A DNA stretch of 64,000 bases from Candidatus Latescibacterota bacterium (lineage in GTDB: Bacteria > Latescibacterota > UBA2968 > GCA-2709665), in assembly GCA_965248435.1 (NCBI GenBank), contig OZ252100.1:2336001-2400000 (forward strand), read 5' to 3'. Below, one piece after another: positions 26,771 to 35,610 of the stretch (its first letter is position 1; each line of letters begins with the position of its first letter). The translations under genes and the position numbers were made by a program. The notes beneath the pieces are model-generated. The model made no database searches. It was not told the origin of the DNA and was given only the letters and a program-made list of their open reading frames with translations.

Positions 26771-28154
26771 CAAACTCTGGAGTGGCAGATTTTCCAAACC
26801 CACCGGCCTCGACATGGAGCGGTTTAACGCCTCCATCGGGTTCGACCAAAGGCTCTACCGGGTCGATATCCGGGGCAGCCGCGCCTATGCCGAGGCCCTT
26901 GAACGAATCGGCGTCTTCACACCCGAAGAGCGGGACAAGGTTGTGGAAGGGTTGCGTCAGGTAGAACAGGAGATCGAGGTCGGCCAACTCTCGATGACGC
27001 CCGATCTCGAAGACATTCATACTGCGGTAGAGACAAGACTGTTCGAAATCGTCGGTCCTCTCGCAGGGAAACTCCATACCGGCCGGAGTCGAAACGATCA
27101 AGTCGCCCTGGATGAGCGCCTCTACCTCAGGGAAGCCATTGCGCAGACCATCGATCTGATCGACCGGCTTCAGGCTGTTGTTCTCGATTCGGCTGAAGAA
27201 CACCTCGATATCCTGATGGCGGGCTATACGCACCTGCAGCAGGCCCAGCCGATACGGTTCTCGCACTACGAAATGGCGCTTTTCTGGATGCTCGACCGGG
27301 ATCGAGGAAGGTTCGTGGACTGTGGAAACCGGGCGGACGCCATGCCGCTCGGGTCTGGAGCCCTCGCCGGCAGCGCCTATCCTCTGGACCGGGAGGCCCT
27401 GGCATCGGAGCTGGGATTCTCTCGCATCACTGAGAACAGCATCGATGCAGTCAGCGACAGAGACTATATCCTGGAATACCTTTCTGCATCAGCGATCCTG
27501 CTCGGGCATCTGAGCCGGTTTTCTGAAGATCTGATCATCTGGTCTTCCTCGGAGTTCGGATTCGTAGCGCTCGATGAAGCCTACTGCACAGGCTCCAGCA
27601 TGATGCCCCAGAAGAGGAATCCGGACGCCCTCGAGCTGGTTCGGGGAAAGACAGGTCGCGTTTACGGCAACCTGATCTCTCTCCTGACGGTTATGAAGGG
27701 GATTCCCCTGACCTACGCGAAAGACATGCAGGAAGATAAGGAACCCTTGTTCGACACGGTGGATACGGTCTGTTCGGTCCTGGAAGTCGTCGCCGGCGCC
27801 TGGAAAACCCTGAGGGTCAGACAGGAGCGCATCAACTCCCAGATGGACGGGATGATACTGGCCACCGACCTGGCAGACTACCTGGCGCGAAAAGGCCTGC
27901 CGTTTCGGGAGTGCCACGGCATCGTGGGGCGTCTCGTGAGGTCTGCTTCCGAGATGGGAAAACGACTGGAAGAGCTGGACCTCGGAACCCTGAGGACCGC
28001 CTCAGATGCCTTCGGCCCCGACGTCAGCGATCTCCTATCTCCTGAGAAAAGCACCTCCAGGAGAGAGCTCCGCGGCGGAACCGGAAAGCGCGCGGTCACG
28101 CAGCAGATCTCAGAGGCGCGCCGTGTCCTCGAATCTCGGATACAGTCTGAATGA
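26757..28154 (+). CDS. argH: Argininosuccinate lyase
   Basis: LWSGRF, LHTGRSRNDQ, GYTHLQQAQP and TGSSMMPQKRNPD. Confidence 0.97.
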   Translation: MAKPDKLWSGRFSKPTGLDMERFNASIGFDQRLYRVDIRGSRAYAEALERIGVFTPEERDKVVEGLRQVEQEIEVGQLSMTPDLEDIHTAVETRLFEIVGPLAGKLHTGRSRNDQVALDERLYLREAIAQTIDLIDRLQAVVLDSAEEHLDILMAGYTHLQQAQPIRFSHYEMALFWMLDRDRGRFVDCGNRADAMPLGSGALAGSAYPLDREALASELGFSRITENSIDAVSDRDYILEYLSASAILLGHLSRFSEDLIIWSSSEFGFVALDEAYCTGSSMMPQKRNPDALELVRGKTGRVYGNLISLLTVMKGIPLTYAKDMQEDKEPLFDTVDTVCSVLEVVAGAWKTLRVRQERINSQMDGMILATDLADYLARKGLPFRECHGIVGRLVRSASEMGKRLEELDLGTLRTASDAFGPDVSDLLSPEKSTSRRELRGGTGKRAVTQQISEARRVLESRIQSE

Positions 28155-28780
28155 TTCAATCCTTCAGCGAAAGAGACGTCCGGAGGCATTACGATCTCCT
28201 CCAGCATAGAGACGAACTGAGTTTGACGGAACTAAAGGTTCTGGACGGAACGCAAATCATCGGGATCGGACTGTTCGACAACGAAGATGACTTCGTCGAG
28301 GAGTGCAGACGCTACAACGGGCTGGGCAGCCTTCATGTTGGAATCAACCCGAGGTCTCTCCGTCTGATGAAAGACCTGGGAGGACTGAAGAACCGTGTGC
28401 GCACCCTTTTCCAGGACGTTGCCGGTGAGAATGCCATCGATCACATAACCGGAATCGCGGTTCCCGGAGGGAGTGACCTGACGGAGAAGGCCAACCGACA
28501 TCGTCGCGATACGACCATCATGTTTGAGCGAGAGATCTTCTTCCCGATGGACAAACCGATCCCGGTTCAACGTGGAGGCCACCAGGAAGTAGAAGAGCGC
28601 ATCGCTCTCTGGCTGTATGGAGACAGGGAAGCACCTGCCCCTCCGCTCACCCATTTCGCGCGGGTGACGGGCACGATGTTGCCGGAAGGGGGCTGGCTGA
28701 GAAGACGAACGCGGTTCTGGAGATATCGGCCCTACATCCTGGGCGGCATCTCAGCGGAGATCCTTGAAAACAACGCCTGA
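28151..28780 (+). CDS. Hypothetical protein (possibly a degenerate primase-like fold)
   Basis: 209-aa ORF overlapping the argH stop (ATGA) and followed by a terminator. Confidence 0.7.
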   Translation: MIQSFSERDVRRHYDLLQHRDELSLTELKVLDGTQIIGIGLFDNEDDFVEECRRYNGLGSLHVGINPRSLRLMKDLGGLKNRVRTLFQDVAGENAIDHITGIAVPGGSDLTEKANRHRRDTTIMFEREIFFPMDKPIPVQRGGHQEVEERIALWLYGDREAPAPPLTHFARVTGTMLPEGGWLRRRTRFWRYRPYILGGISAEILENNA

Positions 28781-28806
28781 GCCCTCTATGGCCTCATCGA
28801 TCCCTA

Positions 28807-28840
28807 CAAAAGCGGGTTAGGCGACCCGCTTTTTTGTTTT
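28807..28840 (+). terminator. Intrinsic terminator of the arg operon
   Basis: AAAAGCGGGT-TAGGCG-ACCCGCTTTTTTGTTTT. Confidence 0.85.
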
Positions 28841-28864
28841 TACAGATGAATTTCGTCGCCAAGA

Positions 28865-28933
28865 GCCTGTCCTGCCTGCACCGAGTAGGCCGAAAGGCCG
28901 TACCGAGGTGAGCGAGCGAAGCGAGTCGAAGGG
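28865..28933 (+). repeat. About 70-bp structured REP-like repeat, copy 1
   Basis: Matches the reverse complement of 33270-33337. Confidence 0.85.
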
Positions 28934-29066
28934 GCGGCTCTACCAGATTACCCACCTTCGCGACGCAGTTTCTCTCTTCGGAGACGGAACATCCAGCGCG
29001 GATCATCGTTTAAGTGATTGACGAAAAGCTTTCTGTTCACGAGATACCCGATACGTGATACGATCC

Positions 29067-29095
29067 TTGACCTCATATTCCATCTGCAGTACATT
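29067..29095 (+). promoter_or_regulatory. sigma70-type promoter
   Basis: TTGACC-N17-TACATT upstream of an AGGAGGAG RBS and the ATG at 29133. Confidence 0.55.
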
Positions 29096-29132
29096 CAGTT
29101 TCTAGTTCGACTGCCCCTGTCAGGAGGAGCTT

Positions 29133-30146
29133 ATGTTCAGAAAAACCGTCGCTTTGATAACCGTCTTTTCTCTGATCTGCAGCACCCTCGCCCCTGTGGG
29201 AAGTGCTCACGCCGCAGTGGAGAAGGAAGCCGCTGAGGAAACAGAGGAGAGCAAGACCATTCGCACGATCGTCTCCCGCGACTCGGGCTGGGCGATCGTG
29301 GATGTTCGAACGATGTCTGGAAATATCGTCGTCGTCAGTCCGGTTGTGGGTCGAGAAATCGACTTCGAAGAGAGCAACCGGTTTGCGATGTTTCACGGAA
29401 GGAATGAGTATAACAAAAAGATCAGGCTTTCACTGTTGAACATGGGCGTCCCGGGCTTTCAGTCTGCGGTCTTTCTCAAGAGAGACGGTGAGAAGGCCGA
29501 CGTAAGGGTCCGCTTTCGCTCCGGCCCCACGATCGAAAGTCGCATGTTCCCGCTAGAAGGCCTGGAAGACCTTCGCATGACTCGCGAATACATCGAGAAT
29601 TTCTCGGAGATCCAAAAGGGGGAATACACGATCGGGAAGGAATCAAAAATAAAATCCGATGCGGAGTATCCCAAAGTTACAGACGAGCTGATTTCGTTCG
29701 AACAGCGCGTTCCCAAGTTCGCGCTTTATACTCGGACCCCGGGCCAGGTTTCCTTGAAGAACGGAGACCGCTTGAGTGGTGAATTCGTCCCTTTCTACGA
29801 AGATGATCGTATCCTCCTGCAGACCGAGTTTGACACGCGTCGAATCGCGGTCGGTGACATAGAACGCCTTATTTTTCACGGAAATCGCGGGGCGTGGGCA
29901 GCCCGTGAGGCTGTTATGGGCGCAGTCGGCGGAGCGGCCACGGGCGCGCTCATCGGTGCACTCTCGGCGTGGCAGTCCGGCGGGTCCGCGCGTGAATGGG
30001 CCGTGTTCGGCGCAACTTTCTTTGCAGTCGCCGGTTTCATCACCGGGTTGCTGACTGGGGCACGCACCGCGCGAGGGGAGCAGGAGTACGTACTCGGACC
30101 GCTGCCGGATAAAGAGAAGAGTAAACGTAAAAAAAGTGAAAAGTGA
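29133..30146 (+). CDS. Exported hypothetical protein with C-terminal glycine-zipper TM helices
   Basis: Signal peptide (..SAHA-A), a GAVGGAATGALIG hydrophobic C-terminus and a strong RBS. Confidence 0.8.
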   Translation: MFRKTVALITVFSLICSTLAPVGSAHAAVEKEAAEETEESKTIRTIVSRDSGWAIVDVRTMSGNIVVVSPVVGREIDFEESNRFAMFHGRNEYNKKIRLSLLNMGVPGFQSAVFLKRDGEKADVRVRFRSGPTIESRMFPLEGLEDLRMTREYIENFSEIQKGEYTIGKESKIKSDAEYPKVTDELISFEQRVPKFALYTRTPGQVSLKNGDRLSGEFVPFYEDDRILLQTEFDTRRIAVGDIERLIFHGNRGAWAAREAVMGAVGGAATGALIGALSAWQSGGSAREWAVFGATFFAVAGFITGLLTGARTARGEQEYVLGPLPDKEKSKRKKSEK

Positions 30147-30161
30147 AGGTCTGGGGGGATC

Positions 30162-30674
30162 ATGCTCATCATACCGTTCAACGGGAAAACGCCTTTGATC
30201 CACGAAACGGCCTATCTGGCCGAAGGGGCGGTGGTTATCGGGGACGTGGAGATCGGGGCTGAGGCAGGCATCTGGTTTAACGCCGTCTTGAGAGGCGACG
30301 TAGAACCGATTCGGATCGGCGCGCGATCAAACGTCCAGGATGGGGCCGTGCTCCACACAGACCCCGGTTGCCCGTGCACGGTAGGTGAATCGGTGACCGT
30401 CGGCCACAATGTCATCCTGCACGGTTGTCTCGTCGAAGACGGCGCGACGGTCGGCATGGGGGCCACCGTGCTCAACAGGGCTCGAGTGGGAGAGGAGGCA
30501 TTCGTGGCAGCCAACGCACTGGTGCTCGAAGACACGGAAATCCCGCCTCGAACGCTGGTCGCCGGTATACCGGCCAAGCCGAAGCGAGAACTGACGAAGG
30601 AGCAGGCCGCGAGCTTCAGGAAAAATGCCGATGGATACGTCCGGCGCGCCGGGGTCTATCTAGACGCTCGATAG
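30162..30674 (+). CDS. Gamma carbonic anhydrase family protein
   Basis: Hexapeptide repeats, VLRGD, NVQD..VLH and GH...LHGC. Confidence 0.93.
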   Translation: MLIIPFNGKTPLIHETAYLAEGAVVIGDVEIGAEAGIWFNAVLRGDVEPIRIGARSNVQDGAVLHTDPGCPCTVGESVTVGHNVILHGCLVEDGATVGMGATVLNRARVGEEAFVAANALVLEDTEIPPRTLVAGIPAKPKRELTKEQAASFRKNADGYVRRAGVYLDAR

Positions 30675-30723
30675 AATCATCCAGCCTCTCCTGCCCAGGA
30701 AGGACCAGCACAAGGTCAGCACT

Positions 30724-31143
30724 TTGAAAGAAGGTCGACCGGATGAAAGCGTGGAGAAGGGCCTGGAAACAGGACTCCGGCAGTTCAACGACGAGGATTT
30801 CTTCGAATGCCACGACACCTGGGAGGACGTGTGGATGGGCCTTCGTGGGAACGAAAGGCCGTTCTTTCAAGGTCTCATCCAGATCGCGGTGGGCTACTAT
30901 CACCTGACGTGTGAGAACTATCCTGGAGCAGAACATCTGTTGGCGAGAGGGATAGCGAAGCTGGAGAAATTTTCGCCGAGCCACCGCGGGATCGATGTAG
31001 CCGATCTCCTGGAAAAGGCTTCAGGGGCGCTTTCTCAGACGATCGATCTACGGTCCGGCGAGCGCGAGCCATCTGAGTTCGACCCCTTCCCGAAAATTCG
31101 AAAAACGAACACGGGAGTCTTTGAAAATCAGAAAGGAACATGA
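30724..31143 (+). CDS. DUF309 domain protein
   Basis: FN...FFECHD.WE.VW and QGLIQIAVG.YH. Confidence 0.88.
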   Translation: MKEGRPDESVEKGLETGLRQFNDEDFFECHDTWEDVWMGLRGNERPFFQGLIQIAVGYYHLTCENYPGAEHLLARGIAKLEKFSPSHRGIDVADLLEKASGALSQTIDLRSGEREPSEFDPFPKIRKTNTGVFENQKGT

Positions 31144-31679
31144 GCGTGGGCGCGCGATACTTGGCACTCTCGGTCCTGCCCGTTGCCCTCTGTCTCAGCT
31201 GCGGGTCTTCTGACCCTACAGGCAGTTCAGAAGGGCCGCCGGCGGGCTCCCAGGCGCAGGTCGTATTCATCACACTGAATGATTACGACAGCTACCTTGC
31301 ACGGGTCTTCGAAGTGGCGAGGCCCATGCCGGTGATGGTCCAGGAGTTTGCCGCGATTACGGAGGACTGGCTCAGTCAGCGCACCTCCGATTACTGGACG
31401 CTCCAATTCACGCTGAACCTCGTCGAGCGCGTGGAGAAAATCGAGAAAGCGGTGAAGGGGATTCGTCCTCAGGATCCACAACTCGCAGAGCTGCACACGG
31501 GATTCGAGGCTGCGCTGGAGACCTATGGGGATGCATTCAAGCACTTCGGGAATCAAATAGAGTTCAGAAGCCGGGAACTCCTGGATGAAGTCAACGAGAA
31601 GGTCCGCCAGGGGAACGTCCACCTCATCCGATTTCAGGTCCTCCTGGGCAATCTGGCCGGTAGAGAGATCACTTTCTAG
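31140..31679 (+). CDS. Hypothetical lipoprotein
   Basis: Lipobox-like LCLSC after a hydrophobic stretch, followed by a helical body. Confidence 0.7.
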   Translation: MSVGARYLALSVLPVALCLSCGSSDPTGSSEGPPAGSQAQVVFITLNDYDSYLARVFEVARPMPVMVQEFAAITEDWLSQRTSDYWTLQFTLNLVERVEKIEKAVKGIRPQDPQLAELHTGFEAALETYGDAFKHFGNQIEFRSRELLDEVNEKVRQGNVHLIRFQVLLGNLAGREITF

Positions 31680-31688
31680 ATCACGCAC

Positions 31689-32186
31689 ATGTCAGAATTC
31701 TACAAGATCCTCGTCGTAGATGACGACCCGAATGTCCTGCTCGCCATTCGAAAGGCGCTCGAAATGGGAGGATACGCCGTTCAAGTGGCCCCAGACGGCC
31801 CGGAGGCGCTGGAGCTGGCGCGTGATTGGCCCCCCGACCTGATCCTCTGCGATTACCAGATGCCGAAGATGAATGGCGTGGAAGTCTTTCAGGAGATGCG
31901 GAAAACCTGCCCCGATGCCGTGCGGATCCTCGTCACCGGCCAGGCCGAGCTCGGGGTCGCGATGGACGCGATCAACAACGGAGGCATCTACAAGTTTATC
32001 CTCAAACCCTGGAACGGAAAGGACCTTATGGTCATGGTCAGGCGGGCGTTGGAGCACTACCAGTTGATTCAGGAGGGAAAGGTGCTGGTAGAAATGCTGG
32101 ATATGGCCCTGCGTCAGCAGGAGGTCAAAGTCCGGGGACTCCAGGACCAGGTGCATCGCTACAAGAGAATATTGGGCATGGAATAG
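31689..32186 (+). CDS. Response regulator (receiver plus coiled coil)
   Basis: ILVVDDD, DLILCDYQMP.MNG, LVTG and FILKPW. Confidence 0.93.
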   Translation: MSEFYKILVVDDDPNVLLAIRKALEMGGYAVQVAPDGPEALELARDWPPDLILCDYQMPKMNGVEVFQEMRKTCPDAVRILVTGQAELGVAMDAINNGGIYKFILKPWNGKDLMVMVRRALEHYQLIQEGKVLVEMLDMALRQQEVKVRGLQDQVHRYKRILGME

Positions 32187-32211
32187 CCGGAAACAGCACC
32201 GATTCAAAGAA

Positions 32212-32242
32212 GGCCGGAGTGAACATTCCGGCCCATTTTTTT
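32212..32242 (+). terminator. Intrinsic terminator
   Basis: GGCCGGA-GTGAACAT-TCCGGCC followed by a T-tract. Confidence 0.75.
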
Positions 32243-32359
32243 GTACATAAGACTCGTCTTTTCAAACACTTACTGGTAATTATCTCGAAGGGCATTGACT
32301 TTTGCAGATTTCTGCCGATTGTACGTAAGAGATGTTAAGTCTTTCTGAATTGAACTATC

Positions 32360-33115
32360 ATGAGAAATAATATGCGAGGCTACCCCTACCATATCCTTGG
32401 CACCAGCGAGCGGGACGACTCCCTTTCCTACATGATCGATTGCCTTCTGAGGTCCCGAATCGAGACCGGCGAAGAGACCTCGGACGACGAAGACGTGAAT
32501 GTCTATCTGTCCGCCCTTCTTCATTCCTTTCTGGACCGAACGTTTTATGTAAAGTATGGGGAGTTTCTCTCCTTCTACAACATCGACGTCTTTCAGTGGG
32601 CGGAGGGAAGCGCCGATCTCAGGACCAAGTACCAGGTTTACAAGGGCAACGCAGACTTCGCGCTCGTCACGACCGGGATCTTCGAAGAGCCCATCAGTCG
32701 GGCGTCGACCTGGGATGAAGCGGAGTGCGAAGTTGGATCAGCAGTCGAGCGCGGCAAACTCTACTACCGTTTCGCAAACGCCCACATAACGCGTCTTTCG
32801 AGGAAAAGAACGGCGGTCGCGGAAGTGCTGGAAAAACTTTCGGACCGCTTTGAAACCTACCTGAAAATCCTCTCTCACATGCGCGGGACCTACCTGCACT
32901 TGATGAGACGCCTCTCGAAGGGAGAACTGTTCCACCTCGAGCGAGAGGCCCAGCAGGGCGCGCGTTCAGGTCTGATTCAGGAGGGGCGGGATAGCTTCCT
33001 GGATGCGTATGCGGACTGGCTCAATTCCGGTTCTGACTTGGATCGCCAGAAAGTGAATTCCCGGGCCGATGAGCTTTCCGAGATCGATCCCACGTTCCAA
33101 TTCGACGGCATCTGA
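32360..33115 (+). CDS. Hypothetical helical protein
   Basis: 251-aa stand-alone ORF between two terminators. The start may be the ATG at 32372. Confidence 0.75.
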   Translation: MRNNMRGYPYHILGTSERDDSLSYMIDCLLRSRIETGEETSDDEDVNVYLSALLHSFLDRTFYVKYGEFLSFYNIDVFQWAEGSADLRTKYQVYKGNADFALVTTGIFEEPISRASTWDEAECEVGSAVERGKLYYRFANAHITRLSRKRTAVAEVLEKLSDRFETYLKILSHMRGTYLHLMRRLSKGELFHLEREAQQGARSGLIQEGRDSFLDAYADWLNSGSDLDRQKVNSRADELSEIDPTFQFDGI

Positions 33116-33136
33116 CCCGTCTGGCGTAAACGAATC

Positions 33137-33170
33137 AAGGCCGAAGCGGAATCCCGCTTCGGCCTTTTTG
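33137..33170 (+). terminator. Intrinsic terminator
   Basis: AAGGCCGAAGCGG-AATC-CCGCTTCGGCCTTTTT. Confidence 0.88.
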
Positions 33171-33269
33171 TTCGTCAAATATTGTCCACTGTGCCTCGGT
33201 GCACATTTCGCGTTACCCGAAGCTCTGAATAAACTACGGTGATCTACTTTGAAACCCCCCTCAAACCCT

Positions 33270-33337
33270 CCCTCGACTCGCAAGCTCGCTCACCTCGATA
33301 CGGCCCTACGGGCCTACTCGATGCAGGCGGGACAGGC
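33270..33337 (-). repeat. About 70-bp structured REP-like repeat, copy 2
   Basis: Reverse-complement copy of 28865-28933, sitting inside a CCCCCC...TTTTTCAAAGGGGG element. Confidence 0.85.
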
Positions 33338-33366
33338 CTTTTTCAAAGGGGGAAGATTCTTCTTTT

Positions 33367-33464
33367 TTTTGCGGTACCCGTGTTTTGATTCCCCCGGGGC
33401 GACGCTTGCGTCGCACCTAAACCGTCAGGTCTCTGTAGCCGATCTACCGTATCCGGTACCCGGT
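33367..33464 (-). repeat. About 100-bp dispersed composite repeat, copy 2
   Basis: Reverse-complement copy of 14719-14822. Confidence 0.85.
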
Positions 33465-33484
33465 CTTTCCGATCCACGATCTAA

Positions 33485-33551
33485 GGAGTTTTGAAAGCCG
33501 TCTTGAGACGGTAACGTAGATCTTCAACTGGGATTCGGCTTTCAAAACTCC
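33485..33551. mobile_element. Miniature inverted-repeat element (possible IS remnant or MITE)
   Basis: Perfect 16-bp terminal inverted repeats GGAGTTTTGAAAGCCG / CGGCTTTCAAAACTCC with a 35-bp interior. No transposase. Confidence 0.5.
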
Positions 33552-33613
33552 ACTACTCAGAGTTCGGACCGCTTTCCTTCTTGCGCTTAATCAGAATCCA
33601 CGATTCCACGGCT

Positions 33614-34510
33614 TTACGGCCTTCGTTTGCGCTTGCCCAGATAGTTGTAAAGCGCCGTGTCAAACGGTTCTTCGACATCCAGGGCAACGTAATCGATCAG
33701 GCTTTTTCTGCATTCCTTCCTGAATCGGTGCATCGTCTCCTGCACGGAAGCGCGGTACTCTGCCGCGACTTGCCAGGGTTCCGTTGACACGCTGGCACCC
33801 GATTCGAGATCTACGAACTGGGTCTCACGATCGAAGGCGAAATCTCGCTCCATCGGATCAAGAATGTGGAATACGATCACTTCGTGTTTCCTGTGCCTGA
33901 AGTGTTTGAGGCCTGAAAGTGCGCGATCAGGGTCATCCAGCAGGTCCGACAGGACAATAATCAGTCCCCGACGGACAACGCGCTCTGCAAGGTTGTGGAA
34001 CGATCCGGCCAGGTTGGTATCCGAGCCTTCGGGACGTGCTCTACTCAGGGCTTGAAGCAGCGTGTTCAGGTGGCTTCCTCGAGACCGGGGGGGGACATAC
34101 TCACGCATCTGTTCGTCAAAAACCATCAGACCCACGGCATCACGCTGCCGGAGCATCAAATGAGCAAGAGACGCTGCGAGGTAGGTCGCGTATTGGAACT
34201 TCGTGAGATCGCCCGAGCCATAGGCCATAGACCCACTCGTGTCCAGAAGGAGATAGGCCTTGAGGTTCGTTTCCTCTTCGTACTGTTTCACATACAGTCG
34301 ATCCGATTTGCCGAAAACCTTCCAATCGATGTCTCGCGTAGCGTCTCCCGGCATGTAGGGTCGGTATTCGGAAAACTCGACAGAAAAGCCGTGATAGGGG
34401 CTTTGATGAAGCCCTGTGATGAAGCCTTCCACGACAAGTCGCGCGACCAGATCCAGCCTCGACAGCCGGGCCACGACCTCGGGCTTGAGATATTCTCGAA
34501 CGTCAGGCAC
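33614..34510 (-). CDS. DUF58 (vWA-like) MoxR-associated protein
   Basis: G.H.SP..GFSVEFSEYRPY.PGD..R.IDWK, LLDTSGSM and VLSD. Confidence 0.93.
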   Translation of the reverse strand: MPDVREYLKPEVVARLSRLDLVARLVVEGFITGLHQSPYHGFSVEFSEYRPYMPGDATRDIDWKVFGKSDRLYVKQYEEETNLKAYLLLDTSGSMAYGSGDLTKFQYATYLAASLAHLMLRQRDAVGLMVFDEQMREYVPPRSRGSHLNTLLQALSRARPEGSDTNLAGSFHNLAERVVRRGLIIVLSDLLDDPDRALSGLKHFRHRKHEVIVFHILDPMERDFAFDRETQFVDLESGASVSTEPWQVAAEYRASVQETMHRFRKECRKSLIDYVALDVEEPFDTALYNYLGKRKRRP

Positions 34511-34516
34511 GGCGGA

Positions 34517-35491
34517 TCAGGTCTCCTCCATCAGCCTGTTGATCACGTCGACTGCCGAGATCCCCTCCGCTTCGGCGTTAAAGCTGGTAATCACCCGGTG
34601 ACGCAGAACTGGAACGGCGGCTGAACGGACATCCCCGATGGAGGCCGCGTAGCGCCCGTCCAGGACGGCCCGCGCCTTGGCCGCCAGGATAAGATACCGC
34701 GAGGCCCTCGGACCCGCACCCCAGCTGACCTGTTCCTTGATGTAGGAAGGGGCGTCCGGAGCCGTCGGGCGCGTCTTGCGAACGAGACCCACCGCGAAAT
34801 CGATCACGTGGTCTGCGACCGGCACCTTCCGGATGAGCCCTTGAAGCTCTACCACCTCCTGCGAATTCAGCACCCGCTGGATCTCGGCCGTATAGTCGCC
34901 GGTGGTGGTCTGGACGATCCGTTTCTCTTCCTCCTCGGACGGATAATCGATCCAGAGGTTGAAGATGAACCGATCCAGCTGCGCTTCTGGAAGAGGGTAG
35001 GTGCCCTCCTGTTCGATCGGGTTCTGAGTAGCCAGGACGAAGAACGGTTCCTGAAGTCGAAACGTTTCCCCTCCGGCAGTCACCTCGTGCTCCTGCATGG
35101 CTTGTAGCAGTGCGGCCTGAGTCTTCGGGGGCGTGCGGTTGATCTCATCAGCGAGGATGATGTTTGCGAAAATCGGGCCCTTCACGAAACGGAAGGATTT
35201 GTGCCCGTCATCCCCCTCCAGAATCTCTGTCCCGGTGATATCAGAAGGCATCAGATCCGGCGTGAACTGGATCCTGCTGAACGTCAGATCGAGCGCTCGA
35301 GCAAGAGTACTGATCAGAAGCGTCTTTGCAAGTCCGGGCACACCCACCAGCAAACCGTGGCCTCCACAGAGAAGGGCGATCAGCAGCTGATCGACGATCT
35401 CTCTCTGCCCCACAATGATCTTCCCGATCTCTTCGACGATGCGTGTGCGCGCATCCCTCAGTCTCTCTACAGCCTTGATGTCATCTGGCAA
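34517..35491 (-). CDS. MoxR family AAA+ ATPase
   Basis: GVPGLAKT, RIQFTPDLMPSDITG, LADEINRTPPKTQAALL and ATQNPIEQEGTYPLPEAQLDRF. Confidence 0.96.
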   Translation of the reverse strand: MPDDIKAVERLRDARTRIVEEIGKIIVGQREIVDQLLIALLCGGHGLLVGVPGLAKTLLISTLARALDLTFSRIQFTPDLMPSDITGTEILEGDDGHKSFRFVKGPIFANIILADEINRTPPKTQAALLQAMQEHEVTAGGETFRLQEPFFVLATQNPIEQEGTYPLPEAQLDRFIFNLWIDYPSEEEEKRIVQTTTGDYTAEIQRVLNSQEVVELQGLIRKVPVADHVIDFAVGLVRKTRPTAPDAPSYIKEQVSWGAGPRASRYLILAAKARAVLDGRYAASIGDVRSAAVPVLRHRVITSFNAEAEGISAVDVINRLMEET

Positions 35492-35575
35492 GGCGACGAC
35501 TCCGATCCTGTTTCCTGTGGAATTTCGTGCTATTTCGTGGTTTGTCTCTCAATCCGAGATCCGCGATTGATTTTT

Positions 35576-35610
35576 GGTACCCGTGTCTTGAATTCCCGGT
35601 ACCCGGTCTT
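35576..35610 (-). repeat. Internally deleted copy (ends only) of the 100-bp repeat
   Basis: GGTACCCGTGTCTTGAATTC joined to CCGGTACCCGGTCTT, matching the two ends of 33367-33467. Confidence 0.65.
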
